Source: Macrostomum lignano (taxonomy: Eukaryota). Taken from it: a DNA stretch of 64,000 nt. A model generated the notes under the pieces. The model saw only the letters and a program-made list of their open reading frames with translations. It did no database searches and was not told the DNA's origin. The DNA is taken from assembly GCA_002269645.1 (NCBI GenBank), contig NIVC01001956.1, positions 1 through 64,000 of the forward strand. The letters are read 5' to 3'. Shown piece after piece: positions 25,803 to 57,986 of this stretch (positions are counted from its first letter, which is position 1; each line of letters opens with the position of its first letter). A program made the translations under genes and the position numbers.

Positions 25803-25999
25803 TGTAGGGCGTAGGCCGTGCGCTGCACTTTCTGCCCCACATTATTATTCATGACTCATTCTCTCGCCTAAACTTGTTTACCAATTCTCGACCAATCGCG
25901 CATCGCTGCACCCCACCCCACAATATTGACTAATAAATATATTGAGTAAACAGAGCCATACAGAGGCCACCTTTTCGGCACGCAAACCCAGACTTCACA
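25803..25999 (+). repeat. 3' LTR (197 bp)
   Basis: Identical to the 5' LTR, preceded by a polypurine tract and followed by the TSD GACGG. Confidence 0.97.
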
Positions 26000-27452
26000 G
26001 ACGGATGGACCAGCTAGCCTGTCTCGGTGCACCCGGTAACTATATTTGACTCACTAAACTTTGCATACGCGGTCAGTTTATCATAAGCCATAAAGCCAAT
26101 CCGAGGCCGTGTTTGTTGATTTTTCGAGAGGAGCGACTAGCTACGCTCGTACATGTAAACCTCACGTGTAGAGTACAATCTTTTTAGCTTGTACTCGTAT
26201 TGAGTAAGGCATATATATTACAAAACTTTCCCGAATTTTTGGTCGTGAGCAGCGCCATTCATGCAATATATAGTCTGCTTCATCGAGCTGAATAAAAAAC
26301 TAGGACATAATGAATTAAGCTGCTCATTTCCACTGTTTCCCATTCTCGACTATATCGATGCTTGCAGGTATTATTATTTTTCGAACCTTACATGTACATG
26401 TAGCTCGTACCTGAATGCTACCTGCTAGAATTAGCAACGGACACAAAAGAGTAGATACTCGTAATAACAAAATATAGTTTAAAAGCTCCTATTGTACTGG
26501 GTAAGCCTTTCAAATTACCCCAGTAGCAACAAGTTCAAGACAGGAAATTTTAGATTTTTAAAGAACGCTCAGAAAAAAATTCAAGTTTAGATCCAGCCCC
26601 CCATTACGAAATCCATCAATACTAAATTGAAGCAAGCAATGATTTTGCTAGAGTGAGAAAACGACTGGGTGAAGTTAATAAAAAGATGGCTTAATTACTT
26701 GTCAATGCGTACATTAATTTAGAAGAATCAAAGCTTGAAAATTTCGAAACTTTATAAACAAAACTGGTCAATACGAGTAACTTAGCTTTAAATAAAACAC
26801 ATGTACACAATTACATGTTAAAGTCCATAGAAAGGTATAAAAACGTGCAAGTGTTTAACATCAAATCATTTGCTACGAGCGTACTATTATGTGATACAAT
26901 AAGTGAAATCTACAAGTTATACCTATAAACGTATTATTAACAAAATTTTAGGTGGGGGCTGGAGGTCTAAGAAACGAACCGATCAAGGGTAGCAAAAGGG
27001 TAATTCTTAAACTAAAATGAGTTGCATAAAATAAACAAAAATAAACAAATTTGCAGTCATATATATCTTGCCATGTGCCAACTTGGTATCAAAGTTTTAA
27101 GATTTAGAAAAAATTAAACTGACCTGTGTAGAGTAGGTACGCACAAAATTCTATATAAAAGCACACAGCAGTTTTAACAAAAATAAATTCAGCGGCGCTT
27201 TTTAATTCAGTACAGGATTCTGCCAAATAAAAGTGAACATTGTTCTTTGAATGTGTGAAGATACGGCTACGAAAGGTGCGCACACAGCGCAGGAAGTTTT
27301 GAACGTTTTTGTTTCGATCGCCTTAAGTCTAAAATTCTGCAATGAGTCTCCGTGAAGAGCTCTGCAGCCCAAATTTCACCCTGGCTTGTTGGCTCCAGCA
27401 AACAGGTTCATCTGAAATTTAAATTGCGTTGCTAGCAAGTAAAAACCCCAAC

Positions 27453-28569
<1,117 letters not shown>

Positions 28570-28784
28570 TGCAACTTACCACGGTGTCGCTAAGGGCATT
28601 AAAGCTTGAGCGGCGAGCATTATTCGGAGCGATGCCAAGCCGGTCCTGTGAAAATTGTGTACAGTGTGCAAAACCTTGTGATAGGAATTTATTATTCGGT
28701 TACCATCTGGGAAAACATACTCTTGGTTTCCAACTCAGGCTGGATTAAGATTAAAGCACACCGCACAGATTCACAGGCACAAAC

Positions 28785-31700
28785 CGTTGGCGCGCCCTGC
28801 GTAGAAGGCCGTCGACTGCCCGTCTTGGAGCCGTTCGGCGTCACAAACGGAATCTCAGTGTTGGGCCCGCCGCCGACCATCTGCTGGATGCCGCTGCCCA
28901 TCTGATTCGTGAGGCTGTGCCGCCGCTGCTGCACCGATGGAATCGACAGCGTGAAACTGCGGTTTGCCTCTTCCTAAAGGGTTGACGTACGGAGATTGAA
29001 AACTGAATATTGCGTTGCGACATGCCTGGCAGAAGTTCAACGAATAGTCAGCTAGATTTACTGATTGCACCTTGTAGTTGTAAACTTTTAGTTAACTATA
29101 AATAATTTGTGTTGCTACAGATGAAGTGGTATCGTCGTATGTCGTATTTTCTATACTATTTCCTAACAGTAATTCTTGCTCAAGGCTCGCTCACACCGAC
29201 AGGCGGCTTGCACGTACACTAACGCTGCGATTTGATGGTCAGTTTGATTGAAGCGTGAACGAGCCTTTTCTGCCACAGATCACGAAGTAAATAAAAAACT
29301 TTCACCATAAAAACAACGCTTAAAGCAATGAACAGATGGGCTTGAAAAAAATACAGGCACACAAGGTAACTTCACAAAAACAATTTCAAGTTTGAACATT
29401 CCCTTTGATAAGTTGCGACACACTCCTTCTCACACACACTGAAATTTCCTTCTCGGAGCATTGAGGATGTGTTTAAGCAGAGGCGTAAGTTTGACTGGTT
29501 GGCAAGGACTAAGCAGGATCTTGTGAAAATTTCGCTTCAAAAGCTTATGGAAGAACAAGAACCCAGGGTTGGTGGAGCTTACTCAAGCGGTATCTTGAGA
29601 ACGGAAGAGAGGTTGAGTGGGAATGTATCAGGTTGCAGCAAGGTATGCAAGTAGCAGGAAAGCCAAAACGAGAGAACAGAGCACGAGTAAATTATATTTT
29701 GGTTCAATTAAGCTGCTTCAGAGAGCTTGGTCACATTAAAAACGGATACAATTTCAGCATAGGTAACACATCGAAAAAAGCTAGATAGTATGAAGCTTTT
29801 AGAATTTCGATCCTTCAGATAACCATTAAACCGTGTTCTCTTCACCAAAGATTAGCTATCTCACTGCAATACATCGCTGGCAAATGCTAAACAAATAAAT
29901 ATTCTGCATCATGTATTACTGGACCGTCACCGCCACCGCAGCCTCCGCTGCAGTCGGCCTGCGGCGCCGAAGTGATGATGACTGGCACTGAATGCGAGTG
30001 CTGCGGTGGCGGCGGAGGCGGCGGTGACGGGGTCTGACGCAACTGCCGAAGACTCTCGGGCAGGTTGGCGCGGATGACAGTCCTGAGCAGTGAGTCGCCG
30101 CTGCCGATGCCGCCCGCGACTGCCGTCGTCGACGATGCCGACTATCCGTGAAGTGTTGAAGTGTCAACTGTAGGTCCTGTTCACATTTACCCCTTCAGAC
30201 AAACAAAATTAAGAGTCCCTAGGAAGTTTAGGTTTAAGATCGTGACTCCCCACATTAGTTGTACGAATTTTTAATTAAGATGCCATTCAAGTATTGAAAG
30301 TGAAGAAATTGAAGTTGAAAGAGGTTCAAGACAGAACTTGGCTTGAATAGAGAAAATGAAACTGTTGGTTAATACTATATGTTGCAGATAAAAGTTGCAA
30401 GTACAAGCATAGCCGATAAAATATAATCTGGGATTCGTTTCTGGAAACCACCGTATTCTCTAAACTACAAGCTATATATGCTAAGGGGGGACTCCATAAG
30501 ACAAAAATTTCACAACGCCAAAAATTCTGCATAGTCCTTGATATACGCTCATACTAAGTTTTCTACGAGTTTCCAGCTTTTGCACCCAGATTTGGAAGAG
30601 TTATTAGCTTAACAGGCTAGTGAGTATTAGTTTTAGTAGTATATTAAGTAAAATGTAGTTTCGCATCGTTTAGTGTGACTAATAATTTGCGCAAAGTTGA
30701 TTATTCCATAAAAACATTCCAAGCTAAGCAAGCAAGCTGAAAGTGCAAGAACTGTAGAGATCGTTTTTAAAAAATGGTATCTCACCGCTCCGCTAGCACC
30801 GCTGCCGCCACTACCGACGAGCAAGTCAGTTGCTGAGCCTTTGCGCGGGCTGGCTCGCAGATTAAAGCCAGGATTGCTGCCCGTCTTGCTCATCCGACGC
30901 TGCTGGTCCAGCCCTGAGGAGCGGGACAACATGGGGTTGGGAATCGGAATTAGTTATTTGCATGAAACCGTGAATATCGCAATGCTAATTTGATGGTGTC
31001 AAGTGATTTTGGCTCGATATTATACTCTGCAAAGTACTGAAAAGCAATGGTTCTTTTTGTCCGCGCATCCGAATCTTAACGTGCTTCTGCCTTTGAGTTC
31101 CTCGCGTAAAAATTGTTTGTGCCAGCGCTCATACTTCGGGTGTGCCAAAATTATTTAGACCATTCTACGCCTGGACGCGACAGAAGCTCGAAGTCACTGC
31201 TTAAAAGAGCTGTCCTTTGTGTATGGATGAGAAGATCCGCGCCACACTACCGTTTTTAATTACTTCAAGGTAGCCAAGTGCCACCAAAGCAGCCAGCGAC
31301 TGCTCCAATGGTGCTGGCGGACCATTAACCAATTCGAACTTCCGAACTGATCGAAGATGAGAAGATCGGCAGGTACAACATGGATAACTTCCGACTAGCT
31401 GGAGATCGACGAGTCGAAGGTGCATTAAGGAGAAGATCCGGGGCTGCGTTGCATCACTTCAGTGATCCCCTCACGGAGGCAGAGTGGCATATGCTGGAAA
31501 CATTCCGTAGCGCATTTCAGAGCGAAGGAATGGACAACATCATTAACAAGTTGATCACACAGTATGAGAGCTGGATCTTTAGTAAAGGCTAGCCTTGCAA
31601 AATGAGCAAAATCTAAGGGAGAGCACAGGCCTCCGGTGGCGAGATGCCTGACAGACAAGAACACTGCTGGTTGTAGCCTTCCCACCCACTAAGAGGTCTT

Positions 31701-34700
31701 CCTTTGCAACAACCGAATCAGGACAGCCAGTAGATAGGACAGGCTGAACTTATCGCCAACTTAGTTTAGCGAACTAGAAATCCCTGGCGATCTCTCAGAA
31801 GTCAGCCGATCTATCTTGACCAAGTCACCTGGCAGTGGGACAGGGCCAGGCCTCACGCAGCCGCAGCAACTCAGCATTACAAGGAGAAGCGATCCAAAGC
31901 GATCCGACTGCCGTGACCGGTTTCTGTTTCTGTTTTCCTTGCTGCAGCGAGACTTCGAGCAGCGATATTTTCTGGATGCGCGGCCTTGCAATGAGAAGGG
32001 ATTAGAGATTGGAGATTTAAGATTGGAGATTGGACCTGAAAACAACTGGCCTCGTTCTTGAGTAGCCATCAGTTCACAGTGGCGACGATCAGGCTTTATC
32101 GGCCGACTTCCTGAACTCTCTGCCAACTCGGACATCAAGGCTCGAACAATGCTTCATTTACAAGGATGTTCGAGACGAGGCATAGGTGACTACCCTGATT
32201 ACAGCAATCGAATATTTTATTATCATTATTATCATAGACGCATTTTGAGAATTTGGTACTGCTATGCAGCCCGAGTATCCTTGGTGTTTAGCTTGAGACT
32301 TCTGCATCTGCAACTTCGTTATCTTCGCTTTTGATTATTCTCAAACAGGCTTTTCCTTCAGTTCTCAACACTTTCGCATGATTGCGACAGCAACTCTTTT
32401 ATTCAATGGCCTTTCAAACTAATTCCATTAACAAGCCCTAAAATTTCATGCGACTAAATTACGTTAAACTGATCGGCGCTACTTTCGTTACTTAGCTGTT
32501 TGATACGCTCGTAGTTGTGCTTTTCGTCAGTTGCCTTAGGCCAAGCGACTGTACCTCTTATGTCGTAGAATATGCTGCTTGCTCAGACTGCTTACGAGCT
32601 GCTGCAGCGGGACAGGTGCTTGAGACGTTCCTTGTCCTATTAGAGGCATCCAATTGGCTGTTTCATTGCCACACAAGAAACAATTGGGTTTCCCTGAGAA
32701 AATACCAAGGGAAATCCCAAGTTAAACATGTCCGAGTCGATCCAATCTCTGTCCAATGAGCATCTAGTTGTGTTGGAGGCGTCTGGTTTTATTGGCTAAG
32801 TCACTGCACGATTTTTTCAGCTAATCGAACAAATAGCCTCTTCCCGGCAAACGCTAACCTCTTTGCTTTCCCGTGTTCTATTTTCCACCACTGTTGCCAG
32901 CTGAAAGCTCGACAGCGGGCAAGTAAAACTCGAAGAAAGCTATCGATTGAAATTATTTTTTTCGTCGGGCAATCATGCGTTTGCTAGGTACTCTGGGAAC
33001 TGTTTTAGTCCTGATCGGTCTAGCAGCTGCTGGCCGTGAGCAGGAGGACACTCAAGGTGCGCTAGAGGAGAAGAGGTTCTCTGCTCCGGGAACCTACGAC
33101 TGGAAAAAGAGGTTCTCGGCTCCTGGGACGTACGACTGGAGGAAGAGGTTCTCGGCTCCTGGGACGTACGACTGGAGGAAGAGGTTCTCGGCTCCTGGGA
33201 CGTACGACTGGAGGAAGAGGTTCTCTGCTCCTGGGACGTACGACTGGAGGAAGAGGTTCTCTGCTCCTGGGACGTACGACTGGAGGAAGAGGTTCTCGGC
33301 TCCTGGGACCTACGACTGGAAGAAGAAATCAATGGAATGAAACTGACACAAATGCCGATTGGTTTGATGATTGGTACCCTAGATTGGTACCTAGTTTTCG
33401 CCCGCTAAACTGTTTGCAACATCATCCTTTACTGTAGTAATGCTTACTGAGCAGGCAGAGTGTATAAGATTTTGATTGCTACAATACATTATAAGATCAA
33501 TAACTCCGATTCCCGGCATTGCGGCACGCTCTAATCACAAAATGCTTGTCTCGGCTGCACTTAAATTCGCTTTGTCGGTATCCGCCGCAGCGATTATTTT
33601 CCCATAGCTACCCTGAAAATAAACAGTCGACGTGCTGCTCCCCGCGTCGTCTCTCTCTTTCCCAGGCTCTCTGTGTCTGAATATTGCCGACTTTTTTTGA
33701 CCGCCGGTTTTCTCTGACTAAGCAAGCTTGGGCATTAGATAGCAAGTTACCAGTAGCAGAGCTGGGAGCATGACCAGCACAAATGCAGAGCTGCAGATAA
33801 GGCTGGGCTGGTGAGGCAAACACTGTCTGCTTTGCTAAATTCGTTTTTTTCTCTCTTTCCCTCTCCTTTTGTGTTTGTTCCGAATCGGCAGTCCAGAGCC
33901 ACCTCATCCTGCCGGGCTGTTGGGGGGGGACGGCAAATACGCGCCTGCAGCAACAGCGGAAGAAAAAATGGCAATGAAATAAGTTTGCAAGCCGGAAAGC
34001 AATAGGCGAGACGTCATGCTCAGTTTGAACGGATGTAAAAAAGGCTGTCGGATCCATGAGCTAACGGGTTTTGCAAACCTGTTCTCCGCCGCTCCTCCCC
34101 CCAGTTTTGGATCGGTTGGAAAAAGCTGGCACTGGCATGACGGCTGGAGCAGTTGTTCCGCTTTCGAGGCTTACTGGCTGCTCACAATCGATGAGGGACA
34201 TGTATACAGCTGATTGAACCGGCAATCCTAAAGAAATCACGCGATACATTAAATCCGAGGTGGAATGTACATGTACTTTGAATTGCTATGCAAATGACTT
34301 TAATTTCATTAATGGTGCATTCAAGTATTCGGCATACGCTCGCACTCGTTCCGAAACTCTTGGTCGATCTCTAAGTATCTGGGGCTTGCTTTGGTCTGCA
34401 GTCTCCCAGTCGCTAAGGCTTCGGTTGGTATCCCAAATGTGTTATTCTCGTCTACTGCTGTCTAGTTGAGAAATATTTCCTCGTTTTTAATTAGACGGCT
34501 AAAATGTAATTTTGATTTGCAAATTAGGGAGTGGATAATCAAATGAATGAAAACTTACGGATCAGAAATTTTCGGAGTCATGAAGTCCCCGTATGTTATT
34601 TTTGATTGAGCACCACTCAAGCCTCCCAAAATTGTGGAAAGCAGAGGGTAGATACACCTAAGTAAAGCCAGTTCTCGGTTTACAACATCAAATCGTACTG

Positions 34701-37700
34701 GAACTGCCGTAAAAAGCAAAGTAATTGCGCTTCATTCCGCTACGCAATTAATGCTCCATATACACTGGCCAACAATGCTCTCATGTTTCAGTCGGGGTCG
34801 CTGAGAATTTACTATCCTCCCATTCCGGCCGCTCCGCTATACTCCCATCTGGACGGCCTCCAGACAGTGACAAATTGACACCCGCGGTAAACAAGACGCG
34901 ACCTGGGGACGCTCGCTTTGGACAATAAATGGGCTGCAATTGAGAGCAACTCCAACTATGACCAATAGGATGATACAGTCAAATAAAAACGTCAAAGCGG
35001 AGGTAGGCGATCTGATACGGCCCAGACTCGCCGAGATCGGGTGTCTAACACTGTCGGCGGAAGAGTTGGTTTTTTACAGCAAACAAAACAATTCGCATGG
35101 GCACCTAATCTATCAAATGCGTCATTGGACTTCCTGTTTATTAATTTCGTGCTAGTGAGCAGGCCGCGATGATTGGCTAATGAGCCTACAGAACAGACGG
35201 ATCGATGAGACACAGCGGCATAGTGACAGAATCTCCCGACAGAAAAAAGTTCTGTTTCAAACTACTTTTGTACTTAGAATTTTTATCATAGAAACAAATA
35301 AAGCCTGCCGTGTTCGCGCCACGGAAGACGCCAAAACTCCAAATCCATCACTTCCAAATCGACTAACGAGTGTTTTTTTCCTGAAATGAATTATTCAGGA
35401 AGCTGGAAAGGCCCGGCACCCCATTGGGGTCCGCAATCTCGGCTCCGAGAAACTGCTAGCCGGAGAGGCGAGCAAGGCCAATATAATGGCATTAGCTTGA
35501 TTTGACTCGAACTTCGTCGTCATTTTTGCTCAAGCGTCATCAACATGCCTTGAGTGCAGTTTATTCTTCAAGATATTGGAACTCTGGGTGATGGATTCCC
35601 GAATTGTGAGTGCCGACATTGCGTGCTCTGTGGGTTGGCCTGGCAGCAATATTAACAAATAATGACTGCGCGGCTGAGATGAAGAAGGGAGGCGCAGAGC
35701 GAGAAGCGCCATATGGGGAAGACGACAAACAGGCAGTCAAATAAAGCAGGAAACTTTAGAGCAACAAGGCCTCAGCTGGCTGAAATATGGACTCCGAGGA
35801 GGGTCTGACATTGCTTGACACTGGATGCGGAGGAAACTCGACCCACGGCTTTTCCTTAGCATTGTGAGAGACCGAAAATGCTGCTTTCCTTGCCCAGTCG
35901 CTTTATTGGGTGGACGAAAAACTGGACAGATGAAAATCAAGGGTGAATGAAGATTATGCATGCCATCATAGACATCATAAGATCATGTTGATGAATCGAT
36001 GGTAGTGCGATTTCAGGTGATCCAATATTATCTCACCTGACCTTATCTAGACCTAGAATGACTCTATCTGACCAGGTATGCGCCTGTTGTGCGATGCTAT
36101 TCAAACTAAAAATACGGGATGATCAATAGACTTTGGGTGTACTGAGGATATTCATCGATGGTAAATATTTTTCACCATCTACGCTCGTAGATATATCTGC
36201 TCGGTTGGTCAGCACGCCTCATTAAAGCCAGTCAGTGCTAGCCTACATGCAGCCCAATCGATGCGCTCGCCTATTCCGCGGTTCTCCGACCGAATATATG
36301 ATTTTTCCGCGGCCACCCTGTCCCGCCATTCAATCTCCAGTTCTCACTCACTTTGCCGATTGGAAAATTAGCCTAGGAACTCTGAAGCGAGGGCGATTGG
36401 ACTGAGAATCAAACAGGCAAATAAAATTCAGCTTGCTGGCTCAAGTGGAGATCTGAGAGAGGCTGGGTCATGACCTCCGGTTAAATCAAGAAGCATTTAG
36501 TTCTCCGAGCTTTTTGTCTGCCGCCGCTTTTTGGAGTGGCAGCGTTATCTCACTAATTAGCTAATGGCTAAGCATTAACTAACCAGCTAACCTGCCCCTG
36601 AGCCTTCAGACTCGAATTCTTCTCTCTGCAATATAGCTCAGTCCAAACCCGACCAGCCTCCCCGACTCCTACTTGCTTTGATATGGGAGACCGACGCCAC
36701 GCCCCGATCTGCGTCTCGTCTGTTGCTGCAGGCTTTGGGCAGTGGATAGGGGGAGGGGGGGTGTCCAAGCCGCTAATGCCGCTAATGAAGGTTCTCATCG
36801 ATTCGCTGTCTTGGGCCCACCTATTCTCCCCTAGTCTCTGGGCTGGCACAGCAGTTTGGGGATCGAGTTAAACAGCTTCCGAAAATCGGAATAGTACCAG
36901 TACCTCATCAAATCTATTAACTCGGAGCTGTTGCCAACCTACAAGGAATGACTGGCAATTAACTGCGGACTACAAAGTGACAAAGTGAACTGCCAAGTTT
37001 AAGTGCTGTCCTGCCCGAGGGCTACAGAGACCCCTGTCTAATTAAAAAAAGGATTGATTCAATAAAGGCATGGCGGAAAGATAATTAGAAACCCAAATGA
37101 GGTCTGATTTTCACTGGCTATCAAAGTGTCATCGGAGCAGTTTCAAGAACAAAATAAGTGATGCCTTTTTATCTGAGCTATACATCGATGTAGATAACTC
37201 AACAGTCTGAAAATGACGCGACTGTTGAACCAAGCATTGTATGCTTTCAACATCACTTACGTAAATTTGATTCCTTGGTTGATTTAGCCTAATTCGGTAC
37301 ATTCGAAAATTCCACAACATTTCCTGCCACGCCCAGAGCTATGGCAATCGAAGGCTCTGAATCCAACAAAGCATTTCGAATGCGCGCAGCGGTTTGAGTA
37401 GTGGCACTGGGATGGAAGTTGCAGGGTACAAGAAATGGCCTTCTGTACTCGTAGAATTTTACCAAATCAATGGAATGTACGCGCGGAGAAATTTGGCTAC
37501 TAAATGCACTTCACATGTCATACGAGTACAAAGCAAAGTCCCTTTAGTCCAGACATGTTTTGGGAAAGAATCGGTTTGTAATTTGCTTTTATGACCTGTG
37601 TAGCTCACCAGTGCATCGACGAAAGTCCGACGCAGCACAGTTAAACGTACTTGGAACGGAAACAGGAATACGTTAGCCGGATGTCAATGAGCATGCGAAT

Positions 37701-38457
37701 TTACTAGTTAATGACGGAATGAGAAGCATAACTGATCGCAGATGTGAGAACGATTTCCATCGACGTGCTAAGGAAATTGCAGCTTAAGATTTGCAATTGC
37801 AATTAAAACCATGAGTGCAGCCACCTAGGCGCAGTAAGAAAGTGCCTTCAGAGAAGTTCAGGGCCGCTGTACGTTCTGTGCTAGTGCTGTGCTTTGCTCT
37901 GAAGCGAGGATCTGCTGCGTCACCGCGGGCTTACCTGGACTGCCTTTCGTTACATGAGGACAATCCTGCAGTCAGTGGCCCTGTCTGACCCCAATTGGGT
38001 GGAATTTTTCGAAGCGGTGATTAAGACAGTTTTGACAGTCCTGCAGTACACTGCAAGCGTGCCTTACTGTTAGTACTGCTGCTAGTGGTTGTTACCGCAT
38101 CCCCTGCACTTAACGTACTGAGGATCAGGATGTTTAGCACAACCAGAAAGCCAATTTCCATTTATCAAACTTTACTAAATGTTACTAAAATTTTAAATTC
38201 TACTAAGCAGTTGTGTGTACCGACCCCTTGTTGACGAGTCTCCAATCGTGACAGTCGGAGTCGCTGAGGCCGCTCCCGCCGCAGAGGCCGCCTCACCGCT
38301 GCCAGAACTTCCGCCGCCCGTCAGCCGAGCAGCCGCCGACTGGAAACTGACGGAGCTTCTTCGTCTGCCGGCGGAGTTGTCGGCGCCGGCGCACAGGTTG
38401 AGGTTGGACTCAATGCTTGGCTGCTGCATGGTGATCAGCGGCGGCCGCATCAGATTT
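28785..38457 (-). CDS. SCYL2: Probable C-terminal low-complexity exons of the SCYL2-like gene: 38457-~38225, 30913-30786, 30141-29920, 28973-28785 (true 3' end not found)
   Basis: GC-rich islands bounded by AG/GT whose phases chain (2, 1, 0, 0): ENLMRPPLITMQQPSIESNLNLCAG.../GLDQQRRMSKTGSNPGFNLRASPRKGSATDLL.../SASSTTAVAGGIGSGDSLLRTVIRANLPESLRQL...PPPPPP.../EEANRSFTLSIPSVQQRRHSLTNQ...EIPFVTP...RRPST. The donor at ~38225 is weak, and assignment to SCYL2 is inferred from strand, order and phase. Confidence 0.55.
32975..33340 (+). CDS. Neuropeptide prohormone: signal peptide plus 7 x FSAPGTYDW separated by KR/KKR/RKR/KKK sites
   Basis: Hydrophobic N-terminus (MRLLGTLGTVLVLIGLAAA), acidic spacer, then 7 tandem 36-bp units. 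Differences between units are synonymous within the peptide (TCT/TCG, CCG/CCT, GGA/GGG, ACC/ACG) or K/R swaps in the cleavage sites. Confidence 0.93.
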   Translation: MRLLGTLGTVLVLIGLAAAGREQEDTQGALEEKRFSAPGTYDWKKRFSAPGTYDWRKRFSAPGTYDWRKRFSAPGTYDWRKRFSAPGTYDWRKRFSAPGTYDWRKRFSAPGTYDWKKKSME

Positions 38458-38631
38458 CTGGAGTTATTTTGTAAAAGAGAGAGTATCTTGTGAGAGCGTT
38501 TGAGTTTCAGTAATGTGGTTTTTATTATAGATACACATTCTTGCTAATATTCAGACGAGATAAACATCCAAAGGTACATCCAAAGACTAAAGATACAACA
38601 TCCCTAAAAGGAGCTAGTACTCGTATTACAG

Positions 38632-38747
38632 AGGGAACTGAGCATCACGGAGGGAGCTGAGCATCACGGAAGAAGCTGAGCATCACGAAGGGAACTGAGC
38701 ATCACGGAGGGAACTGAGCATCACGGAGGTAACTGAGGATCACGAAA
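38632..38747. repeat. 20-bp minisatellite (GAGGGAACTGAGCATCACGG-like), ~6 units, intronic
   Basis: Directly visible. Confidence 0.92.
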
Positions 38748-38764
38748 AGACATGTTACTCGTAC

Positions 38765-57016
<18,252 letters not shown>

Positions 57017-57986
57017 TGTGAAGCTGTTGTTTGAAGCAGGAATATCCGTAGGATTTGTTATAAATAGCAAATTACACTGGGCTTGAAGGTTAACAATATC
57101 AGTCTGTAAGGAGATTATGAGACGGGATCATGCCTTATTTTCTTTCTAAATTTGCCAATTTCCAGGTCCGGGACGTATTCGATTAGGCACGCTCAGCCGC
57201 AGCAAGGAAGTCAGACTTTGCCAGGCAAAGAAACTAAAAAAGGGGAAATTTATCCCCACCATCCCCGCCTGTCTTCCTTACCCGAGTTATCGTTGAGAGA
57301 AGCCCGAGGAGAGGAGCTGGAAAGGCGTGAGAGCCGGACGCCCGATGATCGGCGAGGAAGTGAAGGCCTCAGCCAATCGCGGCTCGGGGGATCCCAGCAG
57401 CTCACTGCAGGCGTGTGTGTACTATCCAACTCCTTTCCCCAGCAATTCCTTATGTCTTCTGCTTTCTATCGCTTTCTTTAGTACCCCTCTTATCCGCCTT
57501 GCATTACTCGTCTTTCTTGCTCTTAGAATTTTATAAAGCCTGACTGACTAGTTTTTCGTCTCAGATTGATATTTTTACGATTGCATAATGCGATCCTATC
57601 GCATGATTCTGGTTCAATAGGTTTAAAACGCAAAATTTCATTTCTAAAGCTGGGAATATTCCAACTTCGACTGTGCGCTGCTTACAACTCGATCGAACTT
57701 TTATTGCCGACTTCCTTCGCCGGCCATAAAATATCCATGAAACTCTGGGGAGATCCGCATGCTGACGCTACGAAAATATCGAATGTTGATACGAGCGTTT
57801 CTCATTTGCTAAGTGAAAGACTGCAACTGGTGTTCACAAAGAGAACTAAAGAAAATATTTGAATATAACAACAAAAACGCACCACGAGAGGCCACAGAAT
57901 GGGGAGGTGTAAGAACGCACCCGTGGGCCGCACTCCTAAAGAAGTCATCTCCAGCGTGCAAGATTGATTTTGTCTATGGTTAAAAT

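Larger units (their letters stand above)
23975..25999 (+). mobile_element. Non-autonomous Ty3/Gypsy-type LTR retroelement, 2,025 bp, gag plus protease only
   Basis: Two 197-bp TG...CA LTRs (23975-24171, 25803-25999), identical by visual comparison. 5-bp TSD GACGG (23970-23974, 26000-26004). PBS-like TGGCATCGC after the 5' LTR and PPT GGGGAAGGA before the 3' LTR. No RT, RNase H or integrase motifs seen. Confidence 0.96.

Noticed and set aside
26411-26421. Possible 11-nt minus-strand micro-exon (CTAATTCTAGCAG|GTAGCATTCAG|GTACGA) continuing SCYL2
   Set aside because: Splice signals are plausible and the phase fits, but no downstream exon was found and such short matches occur by chance. Needs cDNA.
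31200-32760. Short + strand ORFs (LTEAEWHMLETF..., RFLFLFSLLQRDFEQRYFLD...) resembling decayed coding DNA
   Set aside because: Fragmented by stops, with no diagnostic motif; cannot assign a family.
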